Shown in pieces: positions 58,263 to 64,000 of a DNA stretch of 64,000 nt. The DNA comes from Coprothermobacterota bacterium (GTDB lineage Bacteria > Coprothermobacterota > Coprothermobacteria > Coprothermobacterales > Coprothermobacteraceae). Each line of letters starts with the position of its first letter. Position 1 is the stretch's first letter. The DNA lies in contig JAZIGN010000003.1 of NCBI GenBank assembly GCA_036679065.1, positions 1-64,000 on the forward strand, written 5' to 3'. A model generated the notes under the pieces. It ran no database searches. It was not told the origin of the DNA and was given only the letters and a program-made list of their open reading frames with translations. The position numbers and the translations under genes were made by a program.

Positions 58263-59522
58263 TTAAAACAAAAACTGCTTGAGCAAACCCTGAAAAGCAG
58301 AATCTGTTTCTTTGGCAATAAGTCGTCTGTTTTCCGCAGACCAATAGCGTTTAAACTGCCAAGAACCTTTCATGGGACCTTTATCAAGGACACCCAATGC
58401 TTCTCTTAAGTATTTCTGGTTTATGGCATAACTTTGTTCCAGAAGCTTGCCAGCACCGTTCTCTACCACGCTTAGATCTAGCAGTGCTCTTTGGCTCTCG
58501 AGACGCAGTGGGTAGGTTTTGTCCTTATTCACTGTGTAATCTTTCAATGCAGCTCGGAAAAGTAAGTTGTTCCATTTCCATCTTCTTACCCCTTGCCGGA
58601 GCTGAACTTCCTCATCTTCAATGGTGGCAGGCACATTGAAATTAAGTGGTTTAAAAACTTGCATCTCAGGATCCGGACCTTCAGTGAACCAGATGATCTT
58701 CCTTTCGTAATCGTAGATGAGTGATGCTGTGGTCTGAGAGCTAACCAAACCACCACCTATCATGTTTATGTTCTTCATGGAGTAAACAGCTCCCGTACCG
58801 CGGTCCTGAAGCAGTGCCATAACATTTACCACATTTGGCACCAAGGTACTAAGCAACTCCCTTCCACGCCGCTCACGCACGGCCGCTCCAGCGAAATAGG
58901 TAACCAAACGGTTGGTAAAGTACGTTTGAAAGTTCTTCACCTTACCTTCCAGCTCCGGTGAAATGCCGTCAAAGTCATTGCCTAGTGACAGTTTATTGCT
59001 TATGTTGTAACTGCCCTGAAGCTTCTTGAAAGCATAGTACTTGCCAACAGTTTCCAAAACGTACGCTTCTTTCGGATCCACTAACAAATAGCTGTTGTGA
59101 TAAAAAAGTGGGTGCTCGTATCCCCCATCGCCGCCTTGACCAAAACTAAGAGTGTTTTCAATGATTATGTTCATGGCTTCAAAAGCCGTTGAAGCCTGTT
59201 CCAGAGCCATGCGCAAGTAATCCATGCCCAAGACTCCGCTCTTCTCTGCGGGCACCTTGTTGAAAGTGGCTTCGTTTCCAATGCACACTTCTTTACTGTT
59301 TATTCCCATCTCTGCGCCCCACATCCAAGAAGGTTTGGAGAGCCAAACATCGTTTTTTACCTCATAAGCGGGAAGCTTTACATAAGTACCTGGTTCGCTT
59401 ATGGACCCCTTAGGAATAAACACCATGCACTGAGGTTCATTAGGATCTCGGTCGCTGTTTTTAGCGAAAAACGCTGTTCCACCAGAGTCCTTAGACGATT
59501 TTACATAAAAGGTGTCACACAT
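58263..59522 (-). CDS. C69-family dipeptidase / secernin-like Ntn hydrolase
   Basis: N-terminal MCDT nucleophile, FAKNSDRDPNE, WMWGAEMGIN, GMDYLRMALE. Confidence 0.88.
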   Translation of the reverse strand: MCDTFYVKSSKDSGGTAFFAKNSDRDPNEPQCMVFIPKGSISEPGTYVKLPAYEVKNDVWLSKPSWMWGAEMGINSKEVCIGNEATFNKVPAEKSGVLGMDYLRMALEQASTAFEAMNIIIENTLSFGQGGDGGYEHPLFYHNSYLLVDPKEAYVLETVGKYYAFKKLQGSYNISNKLSLGNDFDGISPELEGKVKNFQTYFTNRLVTYFAGAAVRERRGRELLSTLVPNVVNVMALLQDRGTGAVYSMKNINMIGGGLVSSQTTASLIYDYERKIIWFTEGPDPEMQVFKPLNFNVPATIEDEEVQLRQGVRRWKWNNLLFRAALKDYTVNKDKTYPLRLESQRALLDLSVVENGAGKLLEQSYAINQKYLREALGVLDKGPMKGSWQFKRYWSAENRRLIAKETDSAFQGLLKQFLF

Positions 59523-59679
59523 TTGATTTACACCCCAACTCTTGGTACTGATTCTATCATGCGTCATAGACAAACCTGTACATGCTTTACCGCCTCAACT
59601 TAAAAATCGCTTTACTTAGACTAAAAAATGTGATATCATTTTCTAACAGAAATGCACATTACTTAACAGAGGTGGGAAA

Positions 59680-60441
59680 GTGTTAACTTATGAGAGAAGG
59701 CGTTTTGTCCTGGAGTTATTGAAGAAAGAGGGGAAAGTAGAAGTTAACAAACTAGCACAGCAACTAAATGTATCGCCTATGACAATAAGAAGAGATTTAG
59801 ATGCTCTGTCAGAACAAGGTTTAGCCTTTCGTACCAGAGGAGGAGCCATATCACCCAACATAAACTACGAACTACCTCTTGAAGAAAAGATGGTTTCAAG
59901 AGCTGAAGTAAAGAGCAGAATAGGTGAGCGTGCTGCAGCACTAATAGAAGAAAACGAATCCATACTGCTGGATGCGGGGACTACGTGTTTGGCTTTGGCA
60001 AGGCGCGTACAAAGCATGCATTTAACAGTTATAACAAGCGATGTGAGAATTGCTTTTGAGCTCTATAGAAGTCCCACAATTAAGCTTATCGTACTCGGCG
60101 GCATCGTCCAAGCAAACGTGGGCGCCATAACTGGTTCCTTTGCCGAAGAAATGATAGAGTCGTTAACCGTTGATAAAGCCTTTATAGGAACTTCTGCCGT
60201 GGACAATGGGCTTTTCTTATCCACGCCCACTTTGGAGAAGGCTTCCTTAAAGCGAAAGTTCATAAAGAATGCCAACTCCGCCATTTTACTTGCAGACTCC
60301 TCTAAATTCGGTCGCTCATCTTTGTTCAAAATTTGTCATTTGGAACAGCTTGACCTGGTCATTACTGACGATCGTTTAGATGATTTCTTTATCCAGGAAA
60401 TGGAAGCTGTAGGCGTCAACTACGACCTTGTAGAGGGATGA
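59680..60441 (+). CDS. DeoR/GlpR-family regulator of the acid-sugar operon
   Basis: VSPMTIRRDL HTH, RTRGGA, LDAGTT, DSSKFG. Upstream TTTACT-N17-TATCAT. Confidence 0.9.
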   Translation: MLTYERRRFVLELLKKEGKVEVNKLAQQLNVSPMTIRRDLDALSEQGLAFRTRGGAISPNINYELPLEEKMVSRAEVKSRIGERAAALIEENESILLDAGTTCLALARRVQSMHLTVITSDVRIAFELYRSPTIKLIVLGGIVQANVGAITGSFAEEMIESLTVDKAFIGTSAVDNGLFLSTPTLEKASLKRKFIKNANSAILLADSSKFGRSSLFKICHLEQLDLVITDDRLDDFFIQEMEAVGVNYDLVEG

Positions 60442-61715
60442 ATAACATGTTGAGAGCAGCCATAATAGCAGATGATTTTACCGGTGCCAATGCCACAGGC
60501 ATATTGCTTAAGAAGAAGGGACTAGAAGTGACCACGTTACTTAGGCCGAGCCATGACCTGGAGCAAATCGACGCAGAAGTAGTTTCCATAAGTACTAACT
60601 CGCGAGGCATAAGTGCAGAAGAGGCCTATGAGCAAGTTTACGAAGCAGCAAAGACTGTACTTGAAAGAACTCCGTACATAGCTAAGAGAATCGACAGCAC
60701 ACTGAGAGGTAATTTAGGGGCTGAAATAGACGCCGTGCTCGACGCAGCTGGACAGGAATATAAAGCCGTAGTTGTACCTGTCTATCCGAAATCCGGAAGA
60801 ATATGTGTGGGAGGATATTTACTGGTAAATGGCACTCCACTTCAGCTCACCGAAGTAGCAAAGGACCCGAAGTGCCCCATTAGATCGTCTAATGTAAAAG
60901 AGCTGATTTCGCTTCAGACAAAAAGAGCTGTCGCTAATATCAAACTGGATGTTGTGGCAGCTGGTAAAGAAGCCATTGCAGAAGCTTTTTCACAAATAGA
61001 GGAAAACATAGTGGTTTTTGATGCTGTCACTGACGATGACATAGAAAACATTGCGTCAGCTTTAAGTTGCCAAGAGAAAGTCATTTGTGTTGACCCTGGT
61101 CCTTTCACAGCAGCTTTTATGGATCAAAAGTTGGGTTTTCAAAAACAAGACAGCGTGTTTCTTATTCTTGGTAGCGTTTCAGAGCTTACCACAGCCCAGG
61201 TGAACTACTTATTAAAACGGAAAGAGGCTTACATCTATAAAATAAGTGTTCCTGACATCCTAAGTGATCAAGAGGCTGCTACAAAGAGATGTTTGGAAGC
61301 ATTAGATCAGCATTACAAGCCGGGGCTCATAATGGGGATCACCACTAAAGGCGATACGGCAGACGTTCTTGATCTGCAAAGCTATTCAATGAAAGCACAG
61401 TGTGAGTTAGAAGATGTATCAAACCGCATAAATCGAACGTTAAGCCACGTCAGCTACTTGTTCTTAAAAGACAAACCCTTCAAAAGCATCTACATAACTG
61501 GAGGAGATACCGCTCTTGCCTTTTTTGACGTACTTGGGATCAATGAGTTCACTGTGAAGTCTGAGGTGTTACCTTTGGCTGTTCATGGTACCGCAAAAGT
61601 TGATGACCGACTTTACAACGTGGTCACAAAAGGTGGTTTAGTGGGCAGCGAAGATGCGCTTTATGAGATTGTCAACTACTTAGAGTCTTTAAGAAAAGGA
61701 GAACAAGAGCCATGA
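60438..61715 (+). CDS. Four-carbon acid sugar kinase (DUF1537; D-threonate/D-erythronate kinase-like)
   Basis: IADDFTGA, TNSR, KRIDSTLRGN, TGGDTA, TKGGLVG. Confidence 0.88.
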   Translation: MNNMLRAAIIADDFTGANATGILLKKKGLEVTTLLRPSHDLEQIDAEVVSISTNSRGISAEEAYEQVYEAAKTVLERTPYIAKRIDSTLRGNLGAEIDAVLDAAGQEYKAVVVPVYPKSGRICVGGYLLVNGTPLQLTEVAKDPKCPIRSSNVKELISLQTKRAVANIKLDVVAAGKEAIAEAFSQIEENIVVFDAVTDDDIENIASALSCQEKVICVDPGPFTAAFMDQKLGFQKQDSVFLILGSVSELTTAQVNYLLKRKEAYIYKISVPDILSDQEAATKRCLEALDQHYKPGLIMGITTKGDTADVLDLQSYSMKAQCELEDVSNRINRTLSHVSYLFLKDKPFKSIYITGGDTALAFFDVLGINEFTVKSEVLPLAVHGTAKVDDRLYNVVTKGGLVGSEDALYEIVNYLESLRKGEQEP

Positions 61716-62725
61716 GAAGAATTATTGCCATACCCCTGGGAGATGTGGCAGGCATAGGGCCTGAAATCGTTGTGAAAACTTTGAACAATCCAGAAATTTA
61801 CGAGGTTTGCAAGCCGGTGGTGGTGGGACACTCAGCGCCATTACAAAAAGCCATGAAAGTATGCGGAACATATCTGAAGATTAATCAAATACCTGCGCCT
61901 GAAGAAGGGTTGTATCAGCCCGGGACTTTAGATTTAATTGAACTAGATTGCCCAGGTATAGAAAAAATCGAGTTTGGGAGAATTCAAAAAGAGGCAGGCC
62001 TTTTTGCTTTTGAATTCATCAAAAAGAGTGTAGAACTGGCACTTAACCACAAAGTAAGCGCATTAGCCACCACGCCCATAAACAAAGAGGCATTGAAAGC
62101 AGCTGGCGTTCCTTATATTGGCCATACGGAAATGCTAGCCGACATGTGCGGAGTGTCCAACCCTCTTACCATGTTCCAGGTAAAGAACTTGAGAGTGTTC
62201 TTCTTTACTAGACACCTTTCATTATTGGAAGCTATCAAAGCTATCAAAAAGGAAGATCTTTTGGCACATATAAGGATGGACATGAAAGCACTTCAGTCCT
62301 TAGGTGTTGAAAAACCCAAACTTGCAGTGGCAGCGCTGAATCCTCATGCTGGCGAACATGGATTATTCGGACACGAGGAGCTCGAGGAAATTGAACCTGC
62401 TGTAAAGAAAGCACAAAGTGAAGGGTTAAACGTGACAGGCCCGATCCCAGCGGATTCAGTTTTTTACAAGGCGCTGCAAGGCGATTTCGACGCCGTTCTT
62501 TCTTTGTATCACGATCAAGGTCACATAGCTACTAAGATGGTTGATTTTGAAAGAACTATTTCTCTAACCTTGGGGTTGCCTTTTATTAGAACTTCTGTGG
62601 ACCACGGTACTGCTCTTGACATAGCTGGTAAAGGAATTGCCACTAGCACCAGTATGGAAGAGGCCATAAGGTTGGCAGCTCAGTACGCCCCAGTATACAG
62701 ATACGACCTACTTACCACAGGGTAA
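61712..62725 (+). CDS. pdxA: PdxA2-type 4-phospho-acid-sugar dehydrogenase
   Basis: GDVAGIGPE, PINKE, GHTE, LNPHAGE, YHDQGH, RTSVDHGT; context indicates catabolic PdxA2. Confidence 0.88.
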   Translation: MRRIIAIPLGDVAGIGPEIVVKTLNNPEIYEVCKPVVVGHSAPLQKAMKVCGTYLKINQIPAPEEGLYQPGTLDLIELDCPGIEKIEFGRIQKEAGLFAFEFIKKSVELALNHKVSALATTPINKEALKAAGVPYIGHTEMLADMCGVSNPLTMFQVKNLRVFFFTRHLSLLEAIKAIKKEDLLAHIRMDMKALQSLGVEKPKLAVAALNPHAGEHGLFGHEELEEIEPAVKKAQSEGLNVTGPIPADSVFYKALQGDFDAVLSLYHDQGHIATKMVDFERTISLTLGLPFIRTSVDHGTALDIAGKGIATSTSMEEAIRLAAQYAPVYRYDLLTTG

Positions 62726-62728
62726 CAG

Positions 62729-62748
62729 CCTTCAGTAGCTACTGAAGG
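62729..62748. other. Perfect 20-bp palindrome between pdxA2 and the permease
   Basis: CCTTCAGTAGCTACTGAAGG. Confidence 0.8.
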
Positions 62749-62783
62749 TCAAAATACTTTTAACTGTTTTGGGAGGTGTGAAG

Positions 62784-64000
62784 ATGTCAGGTCCTCAAAT
62801 GATCTTCGGTTTGGTGGTGGGCATCGCAGTACTCATTTTTCTCATTCTCCGTACCAAAATCCATCCTTTCTTGGCTCTTATTATTTCTGCTTCTTTGACA
62901 GGCATTATTGGCGGAATGAACCCACCGGATGTAATCAAGTCCATCACTAACGGCTTTGGTAGTACGTTAGCCAGCATTGGTATTGTTATCGGTTTTGGCG
63001 TAATGATGGGAAGAATTCTTGAGATTAGTGGTGCAGCTCAGAGAATGGCTTACACGTTTTTGAAGATTTTCGGAAAGGGCCGAGAGGAATTGGCCATGGC
63101 TTTAACTGGATATGTGGTTTCCATACCCATCTTCTGTGACTCCGGCTTCGTAATTCTCTCGCCCATAGCCAAAGCTCTTTCGCGCACCACGAAGAAGTCT
63201 GTCATATCCATTGGTGTGGCACTAGCGGTGGGCTTAGTAGCAACTCACCACGCAGTACCGCCAACCCCGGGTCCATTAGGGGTAGCAGGAATCTTCCAAG
63301 TAGACGTTGGGTTAATGATTCTGTGGGGAATATTGTTCGCTATCCCCATAACCATTGTGGGTGTACTTTACGCAAAATGGTTGGGTAACCGCATTTACCA
63401 AATACCCACAAGTGATGGCCTAGGCTGGACCAGAGACAAGACTCAAGCTGAGCACATACAAAGATTAGAAGTAGAAAACAACGATCAAAAAGAGCTTCCT
63501 TCGGTGGTGAGTTCTTTTGCACCTATTGTGGTGCCCATCATATTAATCTTGCTAAATACGGTATTGACAGCCATGAAACTTACATCACCTCTTGTAAACT
63601 ACATTCTCTTCTTCGGCAACCCTGTCATTGCCGTGGGTATCGGGTTGATTATTGCTATTTACACACTGGTGCCTGGAATGGACCGAAAAGAAGTCACCAA
63701 ACTCATGGAAGAAGGCGTTTCGTCGGCAGGCATAATCATCCTAATAACTGGCGCAGGTGGCTCTTTGGGACAGGTGCTTCGAGACAGCGGAGCCGGTGAT
63801 TATGTCGCAAAAATCATCGCAGGTACTGGCCTACCTGCCATCTTGCTACCTTTCTTTGTCGCCACTTTGGTAAGACTTGTGCAAGGCAGTGGAACAGTTG
63901 CCATGATAACTTCAGCTTCGATCACGGCCCCCATATTAGCAACAATGAATGTTAATCCTGTATTAGCTGCACAGGCAGCATGCTTAGGAGCAATGGTTTT
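62784..64000 (+). CDS. GntP-family sugar-acid permease, 3' truncated by the window end
   Basis: SD GGGAGGTG. MSGPQMIFGLVVGIAVLIFLILRTKIHPFLAL...SIPIFCDSGF...HHAVPPTPGP...QGSGTVA. Absent from the ORF track because there is no stop in the window. Confidence 0.9.
   Translation, partial: MSGPQMIFGLVVGIAVLIFLILRTKIHPFLALIISASLTGIIGGMNPPDVIKSITNGFGSTLASIGIVIGFGVMMGRILEISGAAQRMAYTFLKIFGKGREELAMALTGYVVSIPIFCDSGFVILSPIAKALSRTTKKSVISIGVALAVGLVATHHAVPPTPGPLGVAGIFQVDVGLMILWGILFAIPITIVGVLYAKWLGNRIYQIPTSDGLGWTRDKTQAEHIQRLEVENNDQKELPSVVSSFAPIVVPIILILLNTVLTAMKLTSPLVNYILFFGNPVIAVGIGLIIAIYTLVPGMDRKEVTKLMEEGVSSAGIIILITGAGGSLGQVLRDSGAGDYVAKIIAGTGLPAILLPFFVATLVRLVQGSGTVAMITSASITAPILATMNVNPVLAAQAACLGAMV

Overview
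A 64-kb chromosomal segment of an anaerobic, amino-acid/peptide-fermenting bacterium. Gene content and style suggest a Coprothermobacter-like thermophile; this is recognition, not verified. The core is a ~21-kb selenium / Stickland glycine-reductase region on the minus strand: cysteine desulfurase/Sec-lyase-like gene, yedF, grdX, then an interrupting GntP-glycerate kinase pair and fructose PTS operon, then trxB-trxA-grdE-grdA-grdB-grdC-grdD-selD-selA-selB. A convergent DUF3343 gene and a divergent tRNA-Sec (selC, 28259-28354) flank it. selD, grdB and grdA each contain an in-frame UGA (Sec) followed by a GGU-containing SECIS-like hairpin, so the ORF track splits or truncates them. The window also holds an orphan ECF transporter with a HAD phosphatase, a type I R-M locus carrying a Schlafen/AlbA_2-HATPase-wHTH gene and mrr between hsdM and hsdS, a purE-C-S-Q-L-F-M-N-H-D operon, several peptidases and surface enzymes, and the start of a DeoR-dtnK-pdxA2-GntP four-carbon acid sugar operon. 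Most notable hidden signals: (1) an 11-bp perfect complement between the selD ribosome-binding region and the selD SECIS (candidate RNA switch); (2) the R-M-embedded Schlafen-like protein plus Mrr (candidate PrrC-like backup defence); (3) two small SD-led ORFs below the ORF-track cutoff, one a 36-aa rubredoxin-like protein; (4) a candidate structured RNA at 31635-31775.
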